A DNA stretch of 64,000 nt from Raillietiella orientalis. Lineage: Eukaryota. Location: positions 8,680,001 through 8,744,000 of the forward strand of contig JAYWIR010000001.1 of NCBI GenBank assembly GCA_036172245.1, in the 5' to 3' direction. Position numbers and translations under genes: made by a program. This document shows, in pieces, positions 13,897 through 28,381 of this stretch. Below the pieces are notes generated by a model that was not told where the DNA came from, did no database searches, and was given only the letters and a program-made list of their open reading frames with translations. Every line of letters starts with the position of its first letter. Within the stretch, counting starts at the first letter, position 1.

Positions 13897-16800
13897 CCTG
13901 AAAGTTGGAGCCTTAACATGGAGTTGCAATGAATTCAAACGTAAACATTAATTCTTTACTATTAAACTACTGTGATACAAGTTGCTGCGACATAGCTGTG
14001 TCACATCTAATTTATTATTAAAATTACAAAACATACCTGATTATATCCTAGAAAACATTAATTACAAAGCAAATTTATTTCGCTTTACCGCATAAAAATC
14101 ACTAAATATCAGTCCACAGGACGATTTGAAATCTTCCGCTTTATTCAAACGGATGATAGAGCATTTTCATTGGTTCAAATTAGATCTTTGAAAGCAGGCT
14201 TCCCATTGCTGATCATATAAATGGTAACTTGAAAGACTCTTGCATCTTACCAAGAGAAACCCATCCTTCGGTTTCAAGAGAATCTCAACTTACATAGACA
14301 GTGTTTTAATTGAATGATAAATTAATTTAACGACCAAATCCACACAAAATTCAGAACTGAGCAAGAGGAAACCATACCTCGATTGCTTTCAAAATTGTGA
14401 GTCATAAGTTAAAATGGGTTTAAGAATGAGCTTTAAATGAATAGTATACCAGTTCTTGGATGCTTTACGAAAAAATATCGATTAAATGAAATTTAGTATG
14501 AATGAATTTTAGTATTCTTTATAATATATAGCATAATGTATAACATACTGGAAAATTAAAAGTACACTCCAGATAAATTTCCAGAAGTTGCTAGAATAGC
14601 TTTTATCATACCCATGTAACTATTATCATTTCAGAAATAAAACTGCTTTGAATGAAATCACGCTTGTAAAGAAAAGCGTTGTTCTCAGATAAACCAAAGT
14701 AGTATGACCAGAAAGAATGAAAATCATCCACATTCTTGCAGAGTGATATAAGCGCAGAAAAGTAAGAAACTGTGATGACGATGAAACACATACTTTTATA
14801 ATGTAGATCTACATGTGATACAAATTAGTTTTGAGAAGCAGATAAGTAGGCTGAATTCACATTAGATTAAAATATCAGTTAATTGAACTGATGAGAAATA
14901 CAAGTACATTGAAAGCAGTTACGTGTTGATATTTACAGTACTGGAACTGCTTCCTAATTATCGACCACATTTTGAATACGGGTTTTCAAGTTTGCTTTTA
15001 TTCTTGTGGATATTTACCAGACTATTTAATTTCTTTGTATAAACCAAAAACCTTTGTCTAAAAATTATTTCTTAATCAACTAATCTAATGATCCCCAAGC
15101 TCCAAAAACCTCTGCATATTGAAATGGCTGTTTTCTTTTTTCTTTTCAATATTCCATTCCCAAAGCGATTAAATCTTACTGAGAAGTCTCATTGGTCTTA
15201 TCTCTTGTTTCTTACTACTTTTCTTCTTACTTTTAGTTACAAAATTTTCCTGATGATGCTTTGAAAATATCCATAAAGTTCCTTTAAAAAAATAAGAAAA
15301 AAAACTTCGCATGTTGATCGTATGTAAGCTTTGTTGTTTTTTTGCTCATTTTTACTAATTTGCACATTTTCACAAAGTTCCATTACTTTTTCGATTTTAC
15401 GTCAGTCATGCTGTAAAGTTTTTTATGCTCGTTTTCTCACTTAACACGAAACTATAAATCTTTTACTGTAATATTCGTTTATTGACAATTTTTCTTTCCT
15501 TCGAAACATCCTACTGCTTCGTTCAAAGACATTTAAATGTGCGCACCAAGGTTTTTACAAAATAATATCTTCTCATACATCATCATTTCATCTCATAGAT
15601 TTCTTCATACATCCGTGATTTCAGCTCCTTTTTTTTTTTTTTTTCAATCATCTTGTCATGAAATTTTGTTTTGCACATAAATAACAAATACCTATACCTA
15701 AGCCAACAACATTTTTTCTGTTGTTTTTTCAACATTCTTTTTTTGGATATTGATAACTAATCATTTCTTCGATCATTTCTGTCATTTAAGACTTTGAAGT
15801 ATCCACTGCTTTATTCACGTCTGTTTTGAATGCTTCTTTTGAAATACAAAATTTATTTGCCGTTTGTGCACTAATGACACATCTAAATTTATCCTCTCAC
15901 TTCTTCACGGGACCATGGCAATAGGATGCTATAGTAGTCTTATAATAACACCCTACGAGTTGAGGTTTCTCTGCTGATGATATTTCCTAGAAATCAAAAG
16001 AGAATAATTAAGGGCATCATCTGTAATTTCAGGAAGGTTTCTGTTGCACGAAAAGTCTGATACCATTTCAGAATAACTTGCAGTTGCCACACCACAAGTT
16101 ATGAGTGGTAGTATCATGCAAAACTGAGCAACCTGTGGCCCATGGAGTCTTTACATGCAGCCAGTGAGAATTTTTCTCAATTGGAGCAAAGCTCTTTTCT
16201 ATGAGAATGGCTTATTAAGTCTAGTACTTCACACATTTAAAGGTAAAAGATGGGAATTCATCGTGAATTCCTGTTATAAGACAACTACCTATTCTGCAGA
16301 GTGACCTTCGCTTGCACAGGATGTTAGTTTGTGTGAGTGCTATGAAAGTTAAAAGGTACGTGTAAGAAGTGTACTTAAGTTCGTGCTCATCAGCACTGAG
16401 AGAAAACTTTGTTGAACAGATTTTATATCTCTGAGGTGAAAATTTGTCCTGAAGTTCTACTTAAAGGAAATTTATATCTCTGTTGCCAAAGAGAATTCGA
16501 TGGCAATAGAGGTTAATCGTGAACAAAAGTGTTGCTCAGTGTCTGGATGGGGAAGGATTTGATATGAACGTGGAAGATATTAATGACTTGTTTTATCGTG
16601 ATCAAGAGTCAGACGAAGATGAGTTAGTTTAGCAGACAGCTCTGTTTCAGATATCCCAAATAACGATGGAGAAAGCTCGTCACAGGTTTAAATGAAAGAC
16701 CAGAACTGCCCAAAGAGAGAGAAACACATTCCAGGAATAATGGACCCTTTGATAGAGCACTTTGCTGAATTTTAAGAGAAAACTGAGGGATCAAGTGACT

Positions 16801-17170
16801 TCATATTTGGAAATCTCAAAAGTTGGAAAGTGGCGTTCCAATTTTATTGCTGAAGCGTGGACGCATGGAAAGTAAGCAAAAAATTAGCAATTATCGTGGA
16901 GGAAAAAAAAAAAAAAGCTCAAGGTGCACTTTCTACGACGAGTTGAAACTATAGGATTGTTTGAGTTGATTAAATATCAGCAAAATTATGAAAGCTTTTC
17001 TTTCACTTAAAGTTGAATAATAAATGAAGACTTTAAAAGTTTTCGTTTCTGTTTTAAAATGCAACAAATATTCCACTGTTATAATGTGGAAGATGCATTC
17101 TGTATCTTATAAATACTATTATAGTATCCACCTATAGCCCATAGGGCTCATATAATGAGGAACGCTACCC

Positions 17171-17194
17171 CGCGTTATACGGAGGCCTACTGTA
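17171..17194. mobile_element. Isolated pogo/Tigger-like terminal inverted repeat remnant
   Basis: Reverse complement TA-CAGTAGGCCTCCGTATAACGCG resembles Tigger-type TIRs with a TA target. No partner TIR seen. Confidence 0.35.
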
Positions 17195-18779
17195 CTTTGG
17201 TTAATGAACTTATTCCCCTCGTAATTTCTGATATAATGTTCCCAATCCTTACAAATAGTACCATCATAAAGTGTCACATATTAGTAATGGGAAGAAAGTT
17301 GTGCGATGAGCACTGGCGGTTTAATTTGCCTGTAGAGCTTTTCTTTGTAGAAGTAAATGGCAATTCTGTGTGCTTACTTTTCAATCTCTTGCGGCCACGA
17401 GAAAATGTCACGCATGTAGGCATCTCACTGCAAAGCAAGAAGAGTTTCGAAAGTGTCAAGTGGAAGCTCGAAAAGGGAGAATGAAGAAAACTGCTTGAAG
17501 GAAACTGAAACTGCAGCAGCAGCAAACCTCACGTCGCAAAGCAAGGTACCGTGCATCCGAAACCACGTGGTTGCTTGACATCTCAACCTACGCCCGGGAG
17601 GAGTTTCTCCAGGAGTGCATTTAACAGCTGTAAAGATTTGGAGGTCCGCAGAAGATTGATTCGCTGGCAAGAAAGACTCGTCCCGCAGAATGCACGAGAT
17701 GCAGACTCATCTACCGTTGACCGTGTATCAGAAAAGCTCAAAACTTCCGTTTCCTTCCCTTTGACTCTTGATGATACCGGTTGCAGCTCAGTAACTTCTC
17801 TTTTCAGGAGCGAGCGAACAGATGAGCATTCATGAGAGCTTTCTTCACTCAACACCAAGTCATGCTTCCACTCGTTCGTGGAACACTAACACGAAAACTT
17901 CGCGATATTGAATGTTGCCAACAAACATCGGAATTATTCCGACGATATTAATTTAACATCAATAATGATTATTGAAAACCATACATAGGAAACAATTCTA
18001 AAATATATAAATATATTTCTTTAAATAATAATCAGTATATTTATTATGATAGTGAAAACAAAATATTTTTTTTAATTCTGATAGTAAAATAAATAATATC
18101 GATAATTAGAAAATAGCAAAAGCCATAGGGAACTTTGATGACAAAGAATTAATTATTCCAAAAGAAAATAATAATTTTAAATTTCGTTCAGCAATAATAA
18201 TGATTTATAATATATAACAATATATAATGCAATTTATTTTGATATATCTTTTAATTCTCCAATGTATATGACTCAATCTACCATCCTTTAGTTTAGTTCG
18301 TAATGATGAAGATGGAGATACAAAAGTACTTCAATTTGATTTTTTTACTAAAAATTATTATATTCATAGTTCAGTTTATAATAAAAATGAAAAATTAATG
18401 AGTGTAGCAATAAGTTATTAACACGGAATTATCATTATTCAAATAATTAATAATCAAAATAAATTGTATATAATTTCAAATGAAAGAATTATACAAAATA
18501 ATAATGACATAATAATAAATGAGAATGATCTATTCGTAATATTGAATCTAAAAACTAGACATTCCTATGGTATTTTTGAAATCTTTACGAAAAAATTGAT
18601 AATAAAAATTTGAAACTCAAGACGCACGGAAAGAAACGATGTATAAAATATGAATATGACGAGTCAGGGGAAAACAGAATTCTTTCGAATGGAAGATTCG
18701 TTATAGAAACACAAGAATGAATATTCAGATACATGTTTGGTACAGTCAGGTACATATTCAAATATACATGGGTGCCTGC

Positions 18780-19400
18780 GCTAATGGCACGGAATGAAGG
18801 GTGAATAATCGGCGCACCGACTCGTTTTCCGTTGCCTTCATATCTTCACTAGAGAAAGCATTCTTTTGCTAAATTTCTTTGGAGTGCTCTCCATTGATCA
18901 GACAATTTGCAGTCTCTGGTCAGTTTCGATCGTGTCCATTCGAGCATGTTTAGGTGATCTCGAAGATGAGATCGTTCACAGAATCCCCATGAACTTGTCT
19001 TTTGCGTAGGTTACCGCAAGAACGAGTTATGCGTTACACTTGCGTGTTGGCGTCCAGGCCTTTCCATTCAGCTTTCAGAAGAAGCCGTGACATGTCCCTG
19101 AAAACAAAAAGAGCCAATAGGCGGGACTCTCTACATCCTTAAAACACAGGACATTCGTTGCTTTATTGGATCCATGCTAATGCGAACCGTTTCAACATGG
19201 CGACCTGAACACTACACGGCCATTGTTGGTTCGATGAAAGGAGCGTCATCTAACATTGGTTCCTACCGAAGTTCGACTTCTGTGTGGCATCCGGTCCTCG
19301 TGCGATGGGACGATGGATTCTGCTTGGTCTGTTACCTGCTGTTCCGTGAGAAACCTGACCCGATGCACGTTTTCGGAATGGCTGCGTGCTCTTCCCGCCA
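18780..19400 (-). mobile_element. Highly decayed LINE (possibly RTE-like) ORF 3' region
   Basis: Frameshifted remnants such as LL..AWTPT and a downstream W/GRP-like region. Weak. Confidence 0.3.
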
Positions 19401-20267
19401 GGCGAACGAGGACTCAGGACTGTCGTCGAGGACCTCTTAAACTGACCCACACCTATGCACTCGAACCCCTAAGGGAGGCGAGCTGCGGGGCCATGTGGCC
19501 AGTGGTAGTAGACCCCCTCCACGCCGTCCGGTAGCACGGAGGGGTGAAGCACCCGCGGCGGCAGAACTCGAGACGGGCTGTGGCGCGTAGGATTGAATGT
19601 GGGGGTCAGTCTCACGTGGGAGGTGGTGCGCAGGGAGAATGCCCTCAGGCACGCACACATAGGAGAAAAGAAAAAAAAAAAAGATGCCACAAGCTCCTCC
19701 TCGATGCGAGAGGCCGCTCGACCACTCTTCATCGAGTGTCGACGGATAAGAGACGGTGCGCATAATTTGCGAAAAATCAAGAACGCCCCAAGCAGGCAAT
19801 GGTGCCGGAACAATGGCACGTGGAACAATGGGGTGGGATCTCGGTTCCGTTCTAAGGGTTTCCGGGAGCTCTTGGAGCCGGCGGATTGCGACCTAAGAGA
19901 CGAAGTTCTTGGACGACCGCAAGGAGGACTCCTGCCGTTAATCAACGACGAAAGTCAAGAGACTCAAAGGAACCAGGTGCCACCCCAGTCCCGATCCCAG
20001 TCGGCGCCAACTAGTAATCCGCCGGCGTCAGAAAGTGACCTGGAGAGCAGTTTCCGGAAACCAAAGCGTTTGGGTTCCCGGGGACAGGGGACTGCGAAGC
20101 TGAAACTTGAAAGGGAGGACACCACCCCAAGGGCAGGACATCCCCCGCGGATAAATTCGGGTCCACACGAAGGACATCTTCCAGGACCGGACACCGGGAG
20201 GATCGACGGGTCGAGAACTCTTTCCTGATCCCGTGGGAAGTGGCGGTGCGTGGCCGTTCTCGGTTGG

Positions 20268-21090
20268 CTTGACACCCGATTGCATCGGGGCGTTTATTCA
20301 TAGAAAATTAATATAGATGTCGGTATTTACCTTCTTGTTGGGTTGCTACTTCTCGATGCTTCGAAGGATCCCCGTCGTTGATGCCACGTTACTTACAGCT
20401 ACGAGAAGGAACCTGACGGGAACTGACATGCAGGCCAGCGGGGTTCGCCTAGGCAGCAGGGGGGGGGGGGGAGAACAAACAAAATGAAAAGTAAAACAAA
20501 AAAATATGAGAAAAAAAATTATGAGGGTTCGGGAAAGGGTCACCGGGTTCAGGAAAGCGTCCTCTGCATCCTTGTGAGGATGCCGGCAAGTTCATGTTTT
20601 AAGATCTCCAGATGAGGCCATCCTCATGAAGAGGATGGCAAAATAGATGGCGTTCCTATCGTTCTGGCCTCCTCATGAGTTGTTCCATGCAGCCACGATC
20701 CCGTGTGGGCAGCAAAGTACGCTGGGGATGCGGCCGTAGTGAGGGCGTCGCGCAGGAAGAGGGGCTTTACAACGTCTCTGGCATTGCTGCCGGGGGGTCC
20801 AAGAAACTCAACAAAGCGCCTCCAAAGGGTCCGGAAACACTGTTCACTAGGAGGTGCAAGAAGGATTACCTCTCTTCGCACCTTGCACAGTTCCGGTCCA
20901 CCCCTCCCCCTCATGTCCAATGATTCCAGCAGGCGTTTCACGAGGCCCCAGTGCAGCAGCATCAACGCCGATTCCTGCCACTTTAAGGGGAGGGTGCGCG
21001 TGTTCATGAGCATCGGGGCCACTGCAGGTCTTCCTCTGGAATGCCCAGTAGCACGCCCCAGCGCAAAAGTCCATGGGGTCGATCAATTGG
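20268..21090 (-). mobile_element. 5'-truncated L1/Tx1-type non-LTR retrotransposon, subfamily beta copy 1
   Basis: ORF 20624-21022 has LPLKWQESALMLLHWGL. 3' UTR is homologous to 29179-29650 and 31703-32190. Ends AATAAACGCCCCGATGCAATCGGGTGTCAA. Confidence 0.75.
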
Positions 21091-21149
21091 GGTCGCAACG
21101 TTAATGAGCTCGCCAGTCGTCCACTCGCCCAGTACTGGACGAGAAGATG

Positions 21150-21710
21150 TGCAGGTTGGCACCAGGTGGTGCGGCGGCATTGGTGGAAGCCGGAAACCCC
21201 CGGATGTCCCTATTGAGTGGTCGAGATTGAAAGTGGACTCTCTAGGGTCCTTCGAAGAATCGAGAAGTCGATTCCCTTCAGGGTGTCCCTTCAGATGTGA
21301 AAACTGAGCCGTAACATGAAGCTGGTTGATACGACGCTCGGGGGTCTACCTCTACAGAGTGTAAGAAGCACGCTGCTCCCTTCGGGGAGTGGCCTTCAGA
21401 GAAATTGAAAAGTGTCCCTTAGGGATTCTCTTCGGAGGTCTTCGGACGAGGAGACAAGGAGCGGTTCCTTTCCGAGAAGTCCTTCCGGAATAGAAATTCC
21501 GAGAGCGGATCCTTTCCAGAATGGATTTCGCCGGAGGGAATGAGGAAGAGGTGGTTACCTTCGGGGTTGCCCTTCAAGAGTAAAAGAGGAAAGGACTCCA
21601 TTTTCCAGAGCCTTCCTGGTTTCATAGGTAGTCCCTTCGGGGTTGCCCCTGACGAGTATCACGCGCCTCAGGCGGTGTGGACCAGTATCAAAAAGCTTTG
21701 TGAGTTCGGA
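21150..21710 (+). repeat. Interspersed SINE-like repeat, copy 1 (headless)
   Basis: Aligns by eye with the reverse complement of 43915-44350 (GTGAAAAC.GAGCCG, GTG..AGAAG..GCT.CT.CCTTCGGGGAG..CCTTCAGAGA.ATTG) and with 31510-31650. Confidence 0.65.
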
Positions 21711-22149
21711 GCACTTTGCACCCTACCCACTGGTTGCGTCCACATGAGACCCATCGCCATTTTGATCCAGGCTCGGTAAACCCGCGCGGGGTCGCGCACG
21801 CCAAGATGGCGTGCCAGCCCTGGAGGACGGGTGTGTTCTCCGGGACACTACGGAAGTCGTTCCATAGCGTCGCTTCACCGTCAGTGTAGCGCTGTGGCTC
21901 CTAGCGACTCACACGGCGTTCCTGGTCACTCACCACTACGTTCCAGAGTCCTGCTCCTTCGTTGCGTGCTGCACTCGGAGGAAAAAGAGGGAGCAAATGA
22001 CAAGGACCATGAGCATGTCCGACCGCGTGGACGGGGGCAGCTCTCCGTCCTCGAACCACTGCACGTAGGTCGTGGGGAGACCTTCGATCATGCAATCCAA
22101 GGTCATGAGCTCGTCCTTGGCGATAGGAACTGCGCTAGTGGCTCTCACA

Positions 22150-22600
22150 CCACCGCCAACAGCATCAGGACAACGGAGATGCAAACTCAAAGCGCGCCTT
22201 CACCGCTGACCACGGGGGAGAGTGGACGCTCTGAGTGAGACAGGTGCAGGAAGGAGACCTTCTCACACCTGGTGTTGGACTGTGCTGCCAGGTGAATGGA
22301 GGGGCTCGCCCGACTACACCCGGGCGGTCGGGATTGGTCGGCGGGAAAAAGGGAGGCGGCTGAACCTTGCGGAAAGGCCCGACGGCGCCAGCAGCTGCCT
22401 CACGGGCTCCTCGCTCTTCAGGTCCGTAACTCCAGGAAGTTAAAAGCGATGATGCGCGCCCTCGAGCGGTGTCGGACGTCAAGACCTTCCTTGCTGCCTT
22501 GGTCCATACTGCTGTCAGGAGGGCAGAAGAGCGACAGGGCAGACGGAATTCTCCGCCGCTTTGCAGAGCGTCGATGAAGAGGAGGCGCATTCGTCCACCA
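22150..22600 (+). mobile_element. Decayed L1/Tx1 ORF2 C-terminal fragment (subfamily alpha)
   Basis: Frameshifted VDA.C..C..KETFSHLVLDC, homologous to 24033-24449. Confidence 0.55.
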
Positions 22601-25600
22601 CCCGGCGCCTCGGAGGATTCGGCGGGGGTCACTCCGGAAGAGGACGATGGGGGAGCAAGACACACCGGATGTGGAGGCCTTCTGTTTTCCTTGAGGCCAG
22701 AAGATCAAGATAAGAGCTGTCGCATCAGCGGATGACTTTTTGTTGAAGGGGAAAAGGGAGAGTAAATGACGCGATGTTCTGTACGTGCCAGGGAAGAGCA
22801 CCATCTTTGTTTCACGTCGATTGGCTTCACAGATGCTTCCGCGAATGCGCGGAGCTCCTTCTTCGCGATGGAACGGGGGTTCGCGCCGACCGGGAGGGGG
22901 TGGAAGGAGAGAGGGAGGGCGAGAGGCATCGATTCGTCGAACGAGCATCCTGGAAACGATGCACGGGATTCAGGGTTCACAAGCCGGAAGCTCTGTGAGC
23001 CATCGCTTGTGCACAGGAGGTTCCTCTCTTATGAGGTGCACCGGGGAGCTTGGATGCTGGGGTGGACGCTATGTAGGAAAGGGATGTGCTGGCACATGAG
23101 TAGTAGATGCTGAAGTGTTGTTCATCGTCCCGATGTTTATTCCCGCACGAGCCGTTCTTTCCGCACGCCGCCTTTCGATCGCGTTCAATGAAGGCGTGGT
23201 TGGGGAAAAAAGAAGACATGGAGGTAGAAGCGATGGACCGTGCTGGATGCTGCTACTTCCTGGCTTTTCTCAAGGTATCGGTTGATGGTTTCCAGGATGC
23301 TGAAGTCGACGTGCCAGAGGTGACTAGGGGGTCAGAAGGAAAGCAGGAAGACAAGAGGAGTCCCCCGTGGGGGTGCGGTGGGTCCTTCGGCTTGAAAAGA
23401 TCTCGTCTTTGGCGCGGTGATGGGGAGATGATGAAGACCGCGCTTTCACTCGCGGAGGAAGCTTTCTGGCTCTAGGCGCGCCAGGAGAGGCGTTCGAATC
23501 CGAGAGGAGCCGACAACCATCCGAGCCGGACTCCCGCATTCCATCCTCAAGTGGGCCTCTCACTTCGACCCGGGAGAGGGATCCTCTCATCCGGGACGAC
23601 GGAGCGTTTGCCCGAAGGGCTCGCATGTTACCCGCAACCTCTGTGATGATTATCACCCGGTTATGCCAAGACATTTATTACAAGAGTAATAAAAAAACAT
23701 GTTGTGGTAGAACCATTGGTTCTACCACGCACAATGAACCTGTCGAAAACGGGTGCGCGGACCGGCGAGATGCGGGTCGGCAGCGTAAGGGAAAGGAAAA
23801 CAAAACATACAAAAATAAACAAAAAAAACGGGGAGGGGAATTTAGATGCGGGGAGGGAAGGAATTAAGGAGGGGGTCACAATGCTCTGCCAGACGTCTCC
23901 GACATCCTGTTCAGGATGCTGGGAAGTTCTGTTCGGATAGTGCCCAGGTGGGGTCATCTCGAGTCCTCAGGAAGATTTGCTCCCAGTGGGTGGAGTCCCT
24001 GCCATTCCGACCTCTTCTTCCCGTGTTCCAGGCTACCACGATTCCGCGGATTCAGCACAGAACTGAGAGGGACGCGGCTGGCGGCATAACGGCACGCGTT
24101 TGCAAATGTCCCTGGAGCCGCCCGCCGGGGTTCCTAGAATCGTTGCGAGGAGATCCCAAACGGGTCGGAGGGCAGCACAGTCCAACAGCAGGTTCGAGAA
24201 GGTCTCCTTCTTCCCGCAACTGTCGCACTTAGCATCCACGCTCCCTCGTGTCCAATGGTGAAGGCGCGCTTTGCATAGGGTTCCCCCATGCACAAACAGC
24301 AACGCAACCTCCTGCCACTTGAGGGGGAGGGTTGCACTATTCCAGCACGCTGGGGCCACTTCACCTCCTCCGGAGGGATGCCGAGCACATCTGTCCAGCT
24401 CGTAAGTTCGTGGGGTGACGCACTCGAGGTCGCACGCAGCGTTCGTCACTTCCCGAGTTGTCCATGCCCAAGAAGTTCCTCTCTGTTCCTCTCCCAGATT
24501 GCCCGGGGAGAAACCTTTCTTGGCTTCTTCCAGGGAGGTCGTTCGACCTGGGCAGCCGCCCGGGAAGCTCCTGCAACGATGGGGAGAGAGCCCTGGGACT
24601 GCAGTTCCCTTTCGGGCACTTCCGCTTTATTCTTTGCTGATATGCAGCAAGTCACTTCCCACCTTGCGAGGAGTTACACTGCCCCTTACGTCCCTTAGGG
24701 AGGACAGCACTGAGTCAAGGGGGGTATCACCCACCGTATCTTGAGCGGGTTGCGGACGATCTTCTCCAACGATTTGCGAGTGCTGATGCATCGCTGCGGA
24801 CAGGCGTACTCCGCCTCGCTCGCGCCGTGGATCCTTCCCCATGCGGAAACCGACTCCTGAAGCCAAGCAATATTGTTTGCAGGGAGGCAGGAGGTTCAGG
24901 TGTTCTCCTTTACCAAGATAACTGCCTGGTGGGGTTCGTATCCGCACCGCCTTAGCAGTCTCTCGCAGGCGACGAGGAGCGATATGAGTCCCTCACAGCC
25001 GGTTGTGCGGTTCACGAAGAGCCGTCCTGGTTTGCATCAGGGCGTGGTCCATAGTCTCGCTTCGAGGGTGAGTTTTCTGAATCGCTGACTGACGCTCCAT
25101 CCTCTCCAGAGCTGGAAGACCCAGTCCATCATCCCTACGCAAGGCACACAAGTCTTTCAGCTGGACTCTGAACCTTCCTGTGCCTCACGGAGATTTTTTC
25201 AGGAGCTCATCGGTCTTTTTCTTGATGTCAGGTGGAGCGGGCAAGAAAAAAGCAGGGAGCGAAGGAGGGGACTCGCAAACGCGTTCCACATTGCGGCATG
25301 TTCCGACAAGCAAAACTTGCCGTTCTGGAACGGGTCAAATGCCATCTCAGCCTTTTGGAGACGGTCGGCCTCTGCTACGCAGAAGTCCCCCAGCGGAACA
25401 CCAAGGTACTTGAAGTGCCCTCCCGTGGGAACTCCGAGCGGTTCCAGTCCGACTGTCCGGCCCACGTCGCACCGACCGATACCAATGACGACTTGGCACC
25501 TCCAGGACCGCACCCCGACTTAGGAACTCGAAGTCCTCGAGTGCTGACATCGGGGTGAACATAGGGAGCAGCAGAAGATTGTACACGTAGGCCGTCTTGG

Positions 25601-26291
25601 CAGACGTACCCGGGTACGAGCTCGGCAGGGTTTCCAGAGTCTCCCTGTATGTTCTCATCGCCAACTCAGAGTAGATGGTGAAGAGCGGAGACAGCGTTCG
25701 TCTGTTCCGGACTCTCGATGGATTCGATCACCCGTCCCAGTCGCCCCATCCAGAGCTTGGCAAGCAGCTTGGCGTTCGCGTTCACCACAGTGATCGGCCG
25801 CCAGTTGCCTCATGTTGAGCAAGTCTCCTGTCTTGAGAGACGTATTCTTGCTGATTGGAACAGAGTGCACAGCCAATGCACTAGGGGGACAAGCTCTGTC
25901 GCGAAACCTTGGCAGAACTCCGCAGGCAGGCCTCCCTCTCCTGGTGCTTTCCGCCTCTTGAGCTCACGGAGATGATCTTCGCCATCGTGAAGGTCTCTTC
26001 GAGGCTTCTTCGCTCATTTTACCCCAACGGTGGCGCGCCCACTGGCCGCAAACGCGCAGAGTCGCGCTCTGGGAGTACCCTCGCGTACAGGGAGTAGAAA
26101 TCGCGAACGATGCGGCTTACCTGTGCCGGGGTAGTGTTCCTGGCCCAGGTCGTCCAGCAAGCTGGCCTACCTGGATTGCCAGGCCTGCATCTCGGCCCCA
26201 GCTCTGTGTTCCTCCAGGCGTTGAGAACACTGGAATAGCGACGGACGTGGAGGTACGCCCTTTCGTTCCTCAATCCCTCTCCGAAACCTGG

Positions 26292-26514
26292 ACAATGATC
26301 TTTTTGGCCCTCCAGAATATTTTTTTTTTAATTCAATTTTTGTTTTATTTTTCTTTTTATTTTTTTCCTCCATCATCCTCCGCTGTCGAGGAGAGTCAAG
26401 TCGGTCTGCGTACCGACGACCCGGCAGGTCCGTTGTTATGTTGGTCGTAGTGGGGTCTCGTACCGCGAAGATTGTCAATTTTTTTAATAAACGCCCGGCG
26501 TGACCGGGTGGCAA
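26292..26514 (+). mobile_element. 3'-UTR-only retrotransposon insertion with 13-bp TSD
   Basis: Ends AATAAACGCCCGGCGTGACCGGGTGGCAA. Flanked by CTCCGAAACCTGG at 26279-26291 and 26515-26527. Confidence 0.85.
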
Positions 26515-26928
26515 CTCCGAAACCTGGCGGAAGACGGTCCGGGTGAACTGGTCGCAAAACTCGCGGACTGAATTCTTTCCAGTCTTCGAGCGTCCGCAGT
26601 TCGAACCCTCGCAGGGATGCGCGGAGATGCTCCACTGCTCCCGCGAGGTTCAACCAGTCCCCTGGCAGGCGCCACTCTTTGGAGGGAGGACCCCTGTCGC
26701 ACGGGTGGATTTCGACCACGAGCCGAGAATGGTCGGACAGTCTCGACCGTGGCGTGCCAAGATTACCCATCCGTGCGCACAAGTGGTTGTCGAGGAACAC
26801 TTTGTCGATGCTTCCCTCAATATCGGCTTGTCCGGTCAACAAGTGGCTCACGTGCATTGCCGCGCACATCTTGTTGACCGGATTGGTGCTTCCGTTCGGC
26901 GCATCTGACAGCAGGCGGACGTTGAAGT

Positions 26929-28381
26929 TTTTCACCCGGTCATGTCGGGGCATTTATTTAAAACAAAGTTCCTAACCAAGTCAACAAAAGACAAAAGGGA
27001 GTTAGCAAAGGGGAGGGTCCTTCTGCACGCAGGCCGGGAAAACGGAAAGTCCGGAACGGGGGAAGGACAAGGGGACAACACAAAAAGAACGACATATGAG
27101 GGAAAGAGCAAGGATCTTTGGTAACGCTCCGCATTCACCGAGATACAACAAAAAAAGCACCAAGAAAGTTACGGAGAGAATGGGGACGGGGGATGAGACA
27201 AGAATAAATAAATAAATGAATGGAGGGAAGGGACAAGGATCACCGGGCTCGCAGTTCCAAAGCGTCCATCAACCGGCGGTGGATGCCGATGATCTCCTTT
27301 GCTTCTTCTCCCAGGTGAGGACACCTTGCAGGCTCCCCGATTTGTGTGGCTGCTGTCCTGGTGACCTCCCTTCGATGAGCAGTGATTTCCTGCACTTGCC
27401 GCGCCGAAACGATGGCGCGCATGCAACCCATAGTTGCATTAACGGCGCCCGTCGAGAGGCCCCTGGGAGCGAACATCCGCAGCACGTCTCTTGCGGTATC
27501 CTCCTGGTGCAGAAGTGCTGCTGTCAGCCTCCGCCACAGTTCTTGGAGGGCATCGCAGTCCGAAAGCATGTGCAGGATCGACTCCGTCGACCCGCACTTC
27601 CACAGTTCGGAGATGCAACCCCTCCGGAAACTCAATGCCGTCGCTCGTTATACTGGAATCCCCAGTGGACGAAGAGCAGTACGGCCTGTCTCCAGGAGAA
27701 GGAGAACAACGAACCGTCCACCAAATGGGGAGGGATTAATAGTCCTTCGGGGCAACATTCAAGAGTTCTCTCCACCTATTGAGTTCCTTCGGCAAAGCAT
27801 GCGGAGCGGCAGCATTCGCCAGTTCGCCCGTCTTCCAGCTGCCTAGGAGTCTAGTTTTTCCCGCGATAGTGCAGGAAAACTACCACCTCGCCGGTAGGCT
27901 GCTGTCGATTCTTGTACTGGGGACAGACAGCGTTGTGGTGAGGGGTGTGGCGACGGGGTTGAAAAATTCACCGTGTCCTACCTCTCCCAGCGGTCGTGGT
28001 AGAAGATGTTGCATGGAGCAAAGAACTTCAGAGCGCATTTCCTGGAACGCAACCAAGGACTCAAGAGCCTCCTGCGGCCAAGCGTTGTTGTTAAGCGGCA
28101 GGAGATCCACGATTGGGTTTCCAGTAGTGAGGCGAGTTGCTTCAGGAGGAAGTCGAATCCCCGCATCCTGTAATGGGTGCCCTGTACCAGAGAGAGCAGT
28201 CCTTCGCTGTCGGAGTACCACCGTAGGATGATGCGTGCAGGTGCACACATCGGGGAAGTCCGCAGCTTCGTACAGAGTTCCAGAATACGGAGCTGCACCC
28301 GCAGCCCAATTCGCTCCAGCACCAGGATACCCAAGCCGACATCCCGTCGCGGAGCCGCCAAGTCTTTGAGGCGGATCCTGA
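26929..28381 (-). mobile_element. 5'-truncated L1/Tx1 element, subfamily gamma, inserted in the host endonuclease
   Basis: LAAPRRDVGLGIL (L..P...GGLG-like), KCGSTESILHMLSDCDALQELWRRL, terminal AATAAATGCCCCGACATGACCGGGTGAAAA. Confidence 0.8.

Noticed and set aside
21649-21700. CTGACGA between hairpins as a hammerhead ribozyme
   Set aside because: No GAAA after stem II, and the core is not conserved in the homologous copy near 43955.
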